From: Balanoglossus misakiensis | Lineage: Eukaryota > Animalia > Hemichordata | Assembly: GCA_040954595.2 (NCBI GenBank) | Contig: CM082590.2 | Span: 7,874,001-7,938,000 of the forward strand | Length of the DNA: 64,000 nucleotides | Direction of reading: 5' to 3' | Shown here: positions 46,701 to 59,200 of the stretch, piece after piece | How positions within the stretch are numbered: position 1 is the stretch's first letter | Layout: every line of letters begins with the position of its first letter | The notes under the pieces: model-generated | What the model was told of the DNA's origin: nothing | What the model saw: only the letters and a program-made list of their open reading frames with translations | The model's database searches: none | Made by a program: the position numbers and the translations under genes

Positions 46701-49700
46701 ATGCACATAAAATATGAAAGGAAGCGAAGGCAGTCCACTATTTGAATGTATCGAACACAAAATTTGCTGAATAATTGAATTGGACTTTATATACACACAA
46801 AATTACGCACATGTGCAAGACGTAGGCCTACAATGACCTTTAACCCCGCCCCTAAAAAACAGAAGTAGGCTCGCATTCAGAATTCTCAACTTTCGTCTAG
46901 AAGTGCTGTGCAAACATCTCCCAGACAGCTCTCTACGTTCCCAAGGTTACTTCACATAACAGTCACTTCAAAGGAAGGAACTCTTGAAATTATATTGCTT
47001 GGCTAACTACTTGTTCATTCTCCAGTGCTATTAGGATACATTTTTTATCCGTTCTAGTTTCTTTGTAGTCTCAGTGAGCCGATCAGCATAAATAATCGAT
47101 CAAATGAAACTAAAATGGCCGAAATAATGTCAAATGTGACTGATTTTGTCCTTGTAAAGTAGCGTACGACTTAGGGACAGATTTTGGACAAATATTTCTG
47201 CAAACATTTCAATTCTTTGATGTATTGAAGTGTGTCTGGGGTCATTTTGGATCAAAGAAGAAAACAGTGTTCACTGTTTTGATTTCATAAGAATCACTTC
47301 CTTTTCTCCATAGAGTAAAACACAGATTGGCGGCCATTTTGAAATTCAAAATTGAGATAGTTTGCACCCCAAATTCAAAAATTTACACGGTGACCCGCAA
47401 TTTTCACTCGTGATTTTAAGAGCGAATAATCTGAAGTTGCCTTGAGAAAAATAAAAAGGTTTGTTGTTGAATTTCAAGACTACAACCGTAATATTTTCAC
47501 CTTTTTTTTTGCAGTGCAACTGATGTGAGGTGGCAGGCAGGTGGCCCCCCACCCCACGGCTCACTACAACACCCTTACCCGTCTTACAGCCCGCACCCGG
47601 AGTTCTACGCCGCGGCGCCCCCACCAGTCTACCCGGGCTACTATCCAGGGTACCCAATCACCCCGTACCCGGGGGGGTACCAGCCCCATCAACTACCCCC
47701 GGCCTACCCGCAACCGTATCTCCACAAACAGGGAGGTGGCCGACACAACAAGCAGCAAGGTTATAGGCAAAACAAGGTGAGTGGACAACCCTATAATCGC
47801 CATGGTTTGGTCCAAATCCATTGCGAACATGGACCTCTATATACAGAAATGGGGGTGAAAGGATGTACGAGCATTTGCAATTTGTCTCTTCTAGGATCAC
47901 TTTAACCCTTTTACCCCCAGTTCGCTGTATAGAGGTCCAACTCTACCATAGAAAAACAATAGAGTTGGACCAAACCATGGTGGTGAAAGGGTTATTAAGA
48001 ATGGCTAGAAAACCCACCTCTGCTGTTGGCATTTTCATGAAGTTTTACACAAAGCTCAACCAAACGTTTCTGTGGTTATTGGTAAACTCAAGACCCTGGT
48101 CTGGCTTAGCAGTTTATATGAGAGGACATTCTCATGTGACATAATATAGACAACACATAGCCAATCATGTTAAACCGCATAATATTACAATTTTATTAAA
48201 CCTCTGCACCTATTCTAGTTTCATACAAAGCTTGACTTGAATTACTTGCTATCAACCCATTGCTACAGTAACAAAGTCTCATGAGATCTCTCAAATAACA
48301 GAAAATCATCTCTTGCATGTCATGTTGTTTTATTTAGCCACCCCTATAAATATTTTCTTGTTTTGTAAACTACAGAATAACCGAAGGAAGAACAAATCGC
48401 AAAGTAGCGACAGCAAGAGCGTAGGTGTCCAAAAGACGGCTAGCGGTGAGAAAGTGATTATACCGAGCAAGGACATCAAGAAGAAAACCAAAACTGTCAT
48501 CTTTGTGGACGTTTCTCAACAAACAGGTATGTGTTTCAAACTGTAGGACACCCTCAGTGATTTGTAGGGTGGGATTTTTCTGTGAACAGCGACATGTAGT
48601 GTTGTTTGGCGGTCACACCTAATTTCTCTGTCTGTACTGATTGTGTATGTAATTCATTACTAGGATTTAGTCTGGATTTGTGAACTTTAGTTTGAGTGGT
48701 TTTTGGTCAGTCAGAGATGACATAATTGACACTTGGTTCTAATGAAATTTTTTTGAAATAGGTCAAAATATTGGAGGAAAAATCTGTATTTTGTATGTTT
48801 ATCAGTTTTGGTGCAATTTGGATTTAGCAAATTCTTGATTTATAATTGCGTGTCGTGAATTATGGCTTGAAAATGTTGTAGGTGTGTAAAACAAGAACTC
48901 TGACCGTAAGTTGGCTTGGCGTAGAATAATTTTGACTGAGTTAGGGGTGATTGTTATCTCTGTGCTGGGGAGTCCTTGAAGTCCGAGGACATTGGTCTTC
49001 CATGTTGGATCTCAGTGGGTGTGTGTCCGTGTTTGAGAAAAAAATGGCACCATCGAAAGGCAGTCACATGTGCGTCCGTACATGAACGGGAGTTGGAGAT
49101 CAAACATCAGGTATTTCAATGCAAACTGGTTGTGTACATGTTTATGTGGTGTTACTAGCTCGAACATGTTCTGGGTGTGAGGGGGCTACAGTTGGTCGTG
49201 GTACCAGCAGTGTTTTATAATCTGTAACATCTGCTAACGTTAGTTTTAACTAAAAGTAGGTCAAGTCGGGTCAGGTCAAATAGCCAGCTGAAATGATGTC
49301 ACATTTTAGTGGAGAACACGAGTCTTTGAACTTGTGCATTATTCATATCCTGACTGTTGCGACCATGTTTGTCTGTCAATAGAATCTCCACAATGGGCCA
49401 GTATTCAGACCATTGTCCCAATTTTATTATTTAGGTGGACCAGTTTTGTCTCTCTCAACTCATTTAAATTTGTTTTGTTGTGCGAGGCATTCATTATGGT
49501 CAGTGTCCCTAATTTTGGGAGAAAGAGTTAATATTTGTAGTTGCGCAATTGTTTTTAACATAGATATACTGCACTGTGTGTATTTTGGCCATGTGGTCTT
49601 ATCTGCTGAGATAGTAAAGATAGTGGTTATCAATGCTGTTTGTTAAATCAATAGAATGGTGTAATGTCCGTCTGATTTTGATTAAAGTCTGGCTGTTGAC

Positions 49701-52700
49701 CCTGTATTGGGTTGCAGAAATGTCAAACTGATGTTGTTGGAGATTTAGAAAAGAGGAGTGTTTCTGTTTGACCTTGGCTTTCTTGTGTTCCAAATTGACA
49801 GTTGGGGCGGTCATTTTGGTTGTGTAAAGTCTGTCTGAAAAAGTCAACACAACTGGTACACATTTATTCGAACAGTTTTGGGTATAGTAGTTGTGGATTC
49901 TAACTGCCATATGTGTGAAATTCTTACTATAATGATTCAGTATTGGTTCAGCCTCACTGTTGAAATGTGTTCATGCATATTTAGCACGGTTACCATGGAA
50001 ATTGGAGATCTAGCCAATCACTGATTTTAGTGGGAGGCCATGTGAAAATAAGTTCAGCACAACAAGACTAGATACACTCTTTTAACCATATATGGGCATA
50101 TTACAGGTGATTGTAGTCCTTTAATTTTCTAAATTTACTTTTCAGATTTTCCTGAGGACCTAGCCAGTCAATCGCTATCTGAACGACCCAGCACGTTTAG
50201 GAAAACTAAGGCGAAAAATCGTCGGAAAACCCAAAGCCAGCAGACGAGACGAACAAACGTTTCATCAACAGACTCTGAGGCTGACGAGGCGCAGGTGGAC
50301 AGCGATAGCGGATACAGCAGTCCGAAACATTGCCGGAATTTGAGCGCCGGGAGCACACAGGGAATAGTGACGCAGGACGCGGCCACGGGTACGGCCATCG
50401 CGACGAAATCGTCGACGTCGTCCGGTGGTGTGAACTCGACCGATAAGGGAAACTCTCAGGCAGCGATGGCGTCGACGTCGTCGACGGCGATGTCGTCGTC
50501 CGGGGCTGCGAAACCGATGAGCTACGCGGGGATTGTCGCGAAGCCTGTCATGGTTGCCCCGGCGACGAGCGAGAAATGTGTTAGCGACAGTGAAAGGACT
50601 AGTACGGACGCGACGCCGCAAACGAACAAAAGTGTGCAAAGGAACCGTAGCAGCCAGCGGGCGAACGACGCGACGAACCGGACGGACATCGTAAGTCCAA
50701 CAGACACGCTCAACAGCAGTATGAGCAGCAGCGGCGTCTCGCACGAAGCGCAGACCAAGAAGAAGAAGCGACAGCGCAAGCGGAACAAGTCCAAGGACAG
50801 CGGGAGATCCGCGCACTCCTCCAGCAACTCAGTCGTGCGGGCGGAGCTCCCGGTTGCCCCGGCGACCCCCTCGGAGCCCGAGCTCGGCGTCCTGCGCTTC
50901 GAAGACGACGAGGAGTACCCCGATCTGCCGTCCAGCTCCGTCAGCCAGCAGAGCCTCGCCACCGAGGGCGCTGCCGCACACCAACCTCTGAAATACAGCA
51001 TGGTTGTCCAACAGGCACCCACGGCGCAACCCTACAAGCCGCTGTCACAGGTAAGGGTGCTTTTAACCCCTGTCACCACAATGGTTCAGTCCAAAGCCAT
51101 TGTTGTCTATGGGAAAGTTGGATCTCTAAAGAGGGAACTAGGGGTAAAAGAATTAATATTATCAACCCGTTTCAAACAAATTTTTTGTCAAGTAAATTGC
51201 CCCACATTCTTTGCTTAGGGTGGGGCACATACATGATTTGGGAACCCTAGTAATAATTTTGTTCTCATGGTAAAAATGTTGCTATTACCAGTAACTAGAC
51301 TGCATTGTATGAAGGGGATCCCTGGTAAAATGTCTGGGGAACCTAGGTAACATTAACCAGGGTAACGCCCTTAACAAAAATGCTGTACTATGGGAAATTC
51401 CTTCATGCTATCATCTGATCATCATGTAACTTTTAAGCCGTACAACTTTGGTAGTAAGAGAAATAAAATAACCATTTTTGACGCTAATTTTTATCCCCAT
51501 GAACAGGAGCCACTGTCTCTGATTGAAGAGAAGAAGAAGATCTCCCCCGAGGATCTCATGTCCCCGGAGGCCGCGGTCAGTGGAGTGAAGGAAGGTAAAA
51601 ACGCCAAGAAGAGACGAAAGAAGGCACTGCTGGCAACACAGGCAGCCGCGCAGGAGTATTCAGAAATCACGGCCGAGCAGAAGCAACTACAGGAGAACAT
51701 GAAGAGACCGCATAAACGAACGAAAATGCCGATCGAGTATGATCTGGGAGATATGCTGGCTGCGCTCGAGGTGAGTGGAGGTCCTAAGCTTGTAACAGTT
51801 TTTATACTGTTTGTATTGAGCTGTCAGTATTTTTGTTGTGTTTCAAGTACAGTCAAGTCTGGATTAGTGGCCACCTCTATATAGTGACCACTTGTCTATA
51901 GTGGCCATGTTGTTACACTTACAGTGACTGTAATTTACATGTGCATTGATTGACCTGTCTATAGGCAGCTTGTCTATAAAAGGCCAGTTTAGGAAAGTCC
52001 CTTGACTGGCCACTATAGACAGGTTTGAATCGACTACACTTGTTAACTTATTCTGCTTGTTGACAACTGTTGGTCGACATAAATGCAGTGGCTGGTGACC
52101 TTGTTGACAAATACCACAGATTGTGACTGTCTTTCAATATTCTTGTTTTGTTTTGTTTTTTCCTCGCAGCGACAACAAAAACAAGAACAGAGGAGTAAAG
52201 TGCACACAAAGACTGTACACATGGCAGCCCCTGTATCGACAACCATGGGGGTGGATGATATGTCCTCCACTGGAGCCAAACCGAAAAGGAAAGAGGTAAG
52301 AGAATACTGAGAGAGAGTTGATTACAGACAAAGCTTTGATCGTGAAACGGCCAGTGCAGTATGCAGAATCTTATGCACATGCTTATCCACATGTACAGTA
52401 AAACCTGTCTCAACCAAACTCTGTCTTATCTGACACCTGTCTATACCGAATATACAGTAAAACCTGTCTAAACCAAACAGCAAACGGACTGAAGAAATCG
52501 CTGTTTGCAGAGCTGTCTGGTTTATAGAGATTCTATGGTTCTATGTCAAAGGGACGGGAAAATGTGTTCAGTATAGACTTCTTTCCAGATTAGACAGGGT
52601 TTAGTTTAGACAGAGGTTTTACTGTATTTGTTTCTACAGCTATTACGTGACTCAACGCAATACACTGCAGTAGTCTGCATACGCCATTTTATTCCAGAGA

Positions 52701-55700
52701 AGGCCTATTGATTTATGATGTTTTTTTTGTCGTTTTTAGCAATTCTCGGAATTAGTTGACTCATTCCGTAGAACATTGATTTGTCTGCATTTGACATTTT
52801 ATTCCAGAGAAAGCCTATTGATTTATGTTTTGTTTACCGTTTTTAGCAATTCTCGGCCAATCCACTGGACAGCAGCGCTCCGGCCAAACGGGGCAAAGAG
52901 AAAGAAGGAGCGGCCAAGAAGAAACCCAGCACGCTGAAGCGAGTGATTTTACGCGAACGGGAAGAGAAGAAAAGATTACGGATACTCGGGGAATGCGCGC
53001 TGTCTGACGACGACAGTACTAAGCCGGCGTTGCAGAGTGGTAATGGTGTGATGGAAGATGATGTTGGACTCTCACAGCTCTCGCAAGATGGTATGTACGA
53101 TAGGAACTCTCCAAGACCCTGTGAGATATATTGTGGCTAGACAATTTATATGTGATGTCATTCTCGTGACATAGGACAAGTAAAACATGGTCCATAATGA
53201 TCAATAGCACAATAGTTAAAAACTTATACTTTTGAGGTCAAATTCTTGCCACCCTAAGCAGGTATTTACTGTGTGCTAGGGAGTCAAATCACAGTGAATG
53301 CATTGTGGGTAAAAAGATTGACATCTCACTGTAGTAGAAGTGTGAAGAGATGATATATAACCTTGCTGCATGTCTTCTTGCTGTCTGATATTTCTGTCTG
53401 TGTAGATTGGCACATTTTGTTTTTTGTGCTACAAAATTTCTTCTAGCCTAACACTAATCTTCTAAACTCAAATTTTTAAGACATGACGAAATTATTTATG
53501 TATGAAAGCATCGTAGTCTGTCCGTTAGAAGGATTTTTCACAAAAGTGATAAAAATTTGTCATTTTTTTTTCTGTCCAGGAATTAGCGACAAGGGCTCCA
53601 GTATCAGCCTCAGCCAATCACAGAGCGAGGTGTCGCCGGTCAGTCAGATGTCACCAATGAGCATGAGTCCCTTATCACCTGGGTCTCCCCTCAGCTCGGG
53701 GTTGCCCAGTCCGATTGTCGGCCTGCGGACCCCGTCACCGAATGCGGCGATCCCAAACATCCACAGCCGGAGATTCCGAGAGTAAGTGTAAAAAATTATT
53801 TTCAAGCATGTCAGGAAAATCTCTTGGATGTTTTCAGTCTAAGAATTATTGTAGCCACTTCTTGATTGAAAGGTGGTGCAATTCACTCTTTGCGAATCTA
53901 GTGACCGCAAGTATAGTATTTGAGCAGTGAGTCTTGTATAATGTATGTAACCAACAAACTGTTCAAAATAGTATTTCTTGGATGTGGATTTCAATAGTTT
54001 CGTATGCGTAGTTGGTCAAGAACTGAACAGAGAATTGTATTTCCTGACTATGGCTATTCAAAATGTGTTCTGTAACCTGCCTCACAGAAAATCATCTTTG
54101 TACGGGTTTGGCGACAGCGAAAATGGACAGTTTCATTTTTGCGTGTTTCTTCATGCAGCTCTTGTAGCTACAATTGCTGTAAACCACGCCACCAGTGGTC
54201 AGGTGAACTAATACCTTTATTTTTGTCCTTCCTTGTTCAGGTACTGTAATCAGATGTTAGATAAGGACATAGATTCATGCTGTACAACTCTCTTACAATC
54301 ACTGTGTAAATTTCACGACAGACAGTACCATAAAGATCCCACCAAGGTAAGTCAGTTTGCGCATGTTTTTTAACCCTTTCGCCCCCAGCTCCCTGTATAG
54401 AGGTCCAACCTTACCATAGAAAACAATGGGTTTGGACTGAACCATGGTGGTGAGAGGGTTAAAGGGGAAGTGTCGTCCGGACTGCACATGTGCAAATTTC
54501 AGTGTCCCAACTCGTGTGAGAAATCTGATCCTATGTCCTTAGTGGTGCAAGATTCTATTAGACCCAAATAACTCATATATCTGTTTCTTTCTGACAGGCC
54601 AAGTCTAAAAGGCGTCTGGTAATGGGACTAAGGGAGGTCACGAAACATCTCAGGTTGAAAAAGATCAAATGCGTAGTAATATCACCCAACTTAGAGAGGA
54701 TACAGTCTAGAGGTATGTCCACTGTAAAATAAAGCAACAATTTAGATCTTGTGGCTCCTGTATGCTAGCTATGTCTTTGCTATGTGACCTGTAGTTATGA
54801 CAGTGGGTGTATAATCCAATATATTCCTGTTTTGTTATTCTAGGTGGTTTAGATGATGCACTGGACGCTATTATCAGCCTAGCTACCGAGCATAACGTGC
54901 CGTTTATCTTTGCGCTAGGCCGCAAAGCGCTCGGACGCGCTGTAAATAAACTGGTACCAGTCAGTGTTGTAGGAATATTTAACTATGATGGTGCTGAAGT
55001 AAGTCAAGGAGTTGTTTTACAGCAGCCTTTTCTATTGGTTTATTTTGAGTGTACATTATTGAATATTGTTTGGTGTTTAACCAATCACATGCAACTTGTG
55101 ATAATGCAGAGTGTGGTAACTTAGTACATTTTTCTTACACCTTTCTCTATTGGCTTGTGTAGAGTTCATTAGTATGAATAGCGTAAATTATCAAGTATAA
55201 GCTATGCTGTGTGTTCGGAAATTATTCCTTTGAGTTTGTGGAGTGATGTACAATGTACTACAAAGTAACAACCACATTGTTTGAAATGATGTACATTGTA
55301 ATACAAAGTAACAACCACATTATTTGCAATAATGTACAATGTAATACAAAGTAACACATTGTTTGCAGTGATGTACAATGTACTACAAAGTAACAATATT
55401 GTTTGAAATGATGTACAATGTAATACACAGTAACAACCACATTGTGTAAAATAATGTACATTGTTATACAAAGAAACAATGTACTACAAAGTAACAACCA
55501 CATTGTTTTTTGTGTCAATAGGAAACATTCCGAGATCTGCTTGAACTTTCCAAGAAAGCTAGGGAGGCTTACACGGAGATGGTGCAGAAATACCAGCAGG
55601 AAATAGAAGCTCAGACCGCGGCCAGGATCTCCAAACACCACCACCACATGGGACACAACCGCAACTTGTCCAACTGCAGCGGGATCTCCTTCAGCTCGGT

Positions 55701-56271
55701 CATCTCGGAGCCGATCTCGGAGAACTACCCGGTCCCCGAGCCGGAGGTGGACGAGTACGGGCGGGAGATCGAGGTTACATCGCAGCCGGAAATCGATTCG
55801 GCGCTGGCCAAGACATTGCAGGCGAACTCTGACCCCGTTGCCTTGGAAAAGACGGTGACGATGGAGGTTTTGAATAGTTTCGACGAGGACGAGTTGTCGG
55901 TTACGCGAACGACGCAACCCGGGGTGACGAAGCATGACATTGAATCGAGTGATGATGAGGAGGAGGAGGAGGAGGAGGAAGATGAAGAGGAGGAGGACGA
56001 AGGAATTTGCGATAAGGAACAGGAAGTGTGTGAATCGTCGTTTAAGTCTGCGGACAACGAACGCATTGTGAGCTGGGTCGCCGAGGCCCAGAGTTGCATC
56101 AAATCCTTGAAAATTACGGATATTGCAAACGAGGCTGTCAGGGGTAGCGGTGTCGCCAACGCTACGGTGGTGGTGGTGGAGAATGGTTGTCACGACGACA
56201 CGCTCACGGGCGAGCAACCAAGTCCTGAGGGCCGTAGTTGTAGTAGCCAATCGGAACCCTTAGCTAGTTAG
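34772..56271 (+). CDS. SECISBP2L: SECIS-binding protein 2-like (SBP2/SBP2L family)
   Basis: Exons 34772-34801 (MSHGGEKSPQ, less certain), 46224-46486 (LSAEVEPFVP), 47515-47776, 48376-48526, 50146-51050 (DFPED, DSDSGYSSPKH), 51507-51770, 52170-52295, 52847-53090 (SID: NPLDSSAP...KKKPSTLKRVILRERE), 53580-53781 (IHSRRFRE), 54241-54346, 54598-54712 (L7Ae: KRRLVMGLREVTKHL), 54844-54998 (GRKALGRAVNKLVPVSVVGIFNYDGA) and 55522-56271 (HNRNLS...SVISEPISE, poly-Glu). The C-terminal features are SBP2L-type. Confidence 0.93.
45945..46205. mobile_element. Fragment of a microsatellite-bearing interspersed repeat (Helentron/DINE-like architecture)
   Basis: A short inverted repeat, then a (tgta/tgga/tgtc)n tract, then aaaaacttgaaaacc...tttggtgtgcag...gtttgttcaaatg. 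Similar (TATG)n-containing remnants lie at about 31410-31640. Confidence 0.4.
52455..52624. mobile_element. Tc1/mariner-type MITE, same family
   Basis: ta|cagtaaaacctgtctaaacc ... gtttagacagaggttttactg|ta, preceded by a truncated second copy at 52395-52450. Confidence 0.7.
54370..54462. mobile_element. piggyBac-like MITE of about 85 bp (TTAA-CCCT...AGGG-TTAA), best copy
   Basis: ttaa|ccctttcgccccc...tgagaggg|ttaa. Related copies at about 264-354, 572-654, 24786-24872, 29125-29214, 37110-37160 (partial), 47902-47995, 51063-51150, 58214-58302 and 59757-59838. Confidence 0.75.
55243..55508. repeat. Degenerate minisatellite of about 40-43 bp in the last SECISBP2L intron
   Basis: tgatgtacaatgtactacaaagtaacaaccacattgtttgaaa-like unit repeated about 6-7 times, ending just before the 3' splice site at 55521. 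Confidence 0.85.
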
Positions 56272-59200
56272 CGTTAGCCACGGAATGTGTCTCAGTGTAG
56301 AGTACACTCCAGTAGACAGACTAGAAACGAGAAACTGGAAGATTTTCTTTTTGTATTTTTCACATGATGTTTGAGTAATGGGCCGTTAGAGTGAGTTATG
56401 CATGTGTACGTATATATGTTAACAGGATTTGCTGAATATCAGTTTTGAATGACCAATAAATTTTTTTGTGCGTCTTGATATATTTATGGACTCTCCAATC
56501 AAATTGAAATTTTAAAAAAAATGGAATTAATCACTGACTCTAACCGCTGAGATTTGAGTAACGTTAATCCGGGTTCTGGAAATTCTCGCCGTTTGCCGTG
56601 CAATGCGTTTGCGTCCACGAAACGCGAGATTGTCATGAGAATTTACAAAAATTCGATTCCGGGCCTGTCGATTGACGTGGTAAAGGACTCTTCAAAAACC
56701 TTGCAATGAGCGACCGCTTATCTGAAATCAATGATTTATGAAGAACATTTTTTATTATTTTTGCTTTTGTACAAAAAAAGGAAATCAGGTATTGTTTTAG
56801 TCTGGTGGTAATATTTGTGAATTTTTTCAGTGTCTGTCTGTACATCAAATTTGCATTTGTCGATAAGCCCTTATCAGAATTCAGATAATATATTCGCTGT
56901 TGTAAAATATGCAGACAGCGCCTGTAACCCTTCGAAAAAAGTTTTTCATGGTGTGATATTTTTTGTGTTTAAGTTTGTCGTGTGTCGTTTTTGCGCTTTT
57001 ATGAGCTCTCATCCCAGACTGTTCCATTTCATCCATGTCTCCTCAAACCCTTCATTTCTTGTTTTGTCTTGATTTTTTTGTTCCGAGAAAATTTACTCAA
57101 CCTGTAAAGAGATAATTTGTACATATAGTTAGGTAGATAGTCTCGTACTTGTAGCATATGATATTACTAAATATATCTAGATGGCTAGGCCATTGAGTGG
57201 TATTTAATGTTCAAATAGAATGTTTTTGAAACAAAATTTGGCTCTGAGGGAGGCTCTCCACCAGATGGAATTTTTTTACCATTTCTGCAGTAACAGAAAT
57301 TCACCCATAACACCCCTATTTGCGAGTAGAATAGGCCTACCCGTGCATTTAAAACACTTGGGTTGTACCAAAGCATGCTCTGATGAAAGGGTTAAGGTTT
57401 TTGTAACACAGATGCTAAATATTTACTTTCTGCTGGTCGATCTTTTTCGCATAATTACTTAAAACTAGCACCTGGGTTTGCGATTATCATACTGCAAAGT
57501 AACGATCGTTGAAACTTGTTTTGTCTTCAGTTTCTGCACCATCTGAATTTGTAATGTCATTAATTAGAAGCTGTACACGGTTAATTAAAACACCAGCGAC
57601 ATCATTGCTTGTAACCAAGTCATCAATAAAATCTCTTTACTGCAAACGAACGCTTGAAATCGCTATTTGCCTTTTATTTCTACCTCTAGCTTTCTGCATC
57701 CATTTTATAATATAGATGGCTTGTTTTACATAAAGGCTTGCTTGAATAAATTTGCGGCACTCTTCTTGATATTAAGGACAGTTTCGTTTGAACCCTTTCA
57801 CTAACATGTTTTGTTTCGACGATATTTGCAGAAAATAGGTCTGTTTGTGATGGAAATGAGGCTGGATTACTGTACTCTGTTTTGAATTGGGGATTATCAG
57901 CCAAACCGTTGGGGATAGTCAAATTTTTTCTTGCATGTGGCTCAAGACAACTTTAGATTATTCTCTCTTAAAATGTAGAATCAAAATTCATGGTAATTGT
58001 GCAAAATTAGGAGAACAAAATTGTCTCAAATTTTATATTCAAAATGGCCGCCAATCTCTGTAAACTCTATGGAGAATATTTAAATTAGTAATTTGCATAA
58101 AAGCAAGATGGTGGACATGTTTTCTTTTATGGATTTGAAAAAGATCTTTATTGAGAGAAACAACACCCTATTGAAAAAGTTTTCCTCAGAGTCAACTGTA
58201 CTAGGACAAAACTAACCCTTTCGCAAACATGGATAGGTCCAAACCTTTTGTTTTCTATGGTTAAGTTGGACCTCTACACAGGAAAATAGGGGTGAAAGGG
58301 CTAAGTGATTGAATAGTGATCAAGCATCTACCTAATTGATTTTCTTCATCTTGGGGTCCACCCACCCCTTCAAACTTCTCAAAATGATATCACCTGCTGC
58401 TTGTCAACTTAACCCAAGAATTTATTTATGCATTTATTAAAAAGACAACTTTGCCGTTGGTAGTATAATTTGTTTGGGGCCTTGACAAAATTTAGCATTT
58501 CAGAAATGTCTTTGCTTAATTTGCATGTGGATGATCATTTGTATATTGAAAATATGGATTCTTGCTTGTAAGTGGTCAATTTTCTACCTACCCAAGATAT
58601 TTTAAGTGGAAATTTAGTTTACTTTCGAGAATGCCATGTGACTACATTACAGAGGTATTTTATGCATATTACTAACAGTGTTTTATGTTTTATATGCAAA
58701 TGATATGGTAATTTATTTGTAAAAATGTAGTCTTGTTGGACAAGCTGTTATAAGTTAGTTGTCAACAAAGAGAATTATTTTCTCAGCAAAAAATATTTCA
58801 GGGTGCGTTTTAGAAAGTAACACCTGCCAACCTTATTTTCATGTATCTTGGAAAACATGGGATATTCCACTGTACATGAAAAGGAGGGGTGGACAGGGTT
58901 TGTTTTTTGGTTTTGAATTTGGCTCCATATTTTACAGCTTCTGCAAGGAAGCAACATTCCCTTCGAAAAAAATGAATAATTTTTACGTTACTACGGTAAC
59001 TTCTAGCTTCACGGCCATTATATATAGTTTATTGTGCTGTCAAGATCTGGAAGACAGTGTCTTCCTTATCAGGTACAAACTTATCGTATCAAATTTACTA
59101 CTGTGAAAGAAAAAAAAAACTTGTCTGAGAACCAAAGTATTGTTTATGACGATATCAGAACCCTTTGTGTGTGTGTGTGCTACTTTGAGAATTATATTAT

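Noticed and set aside
55258-56250. 330-aa minus-strand ORF (also 50265-50816 and 50522-51022)
   Set aside because: Antisense shadows of GC-rich SECISBP2L exons plus an intronic minisatellite, with no recognisable domain.
56361-56410. SECIS element in the SECISBP2L 3' UTR (cacATGAtg...AA...GA...catgtg)
   Set aside because: Spacing from ATGA to AA is too short and helix II pairs poorly. No in-frame TGA selenoprotein was found in the window.
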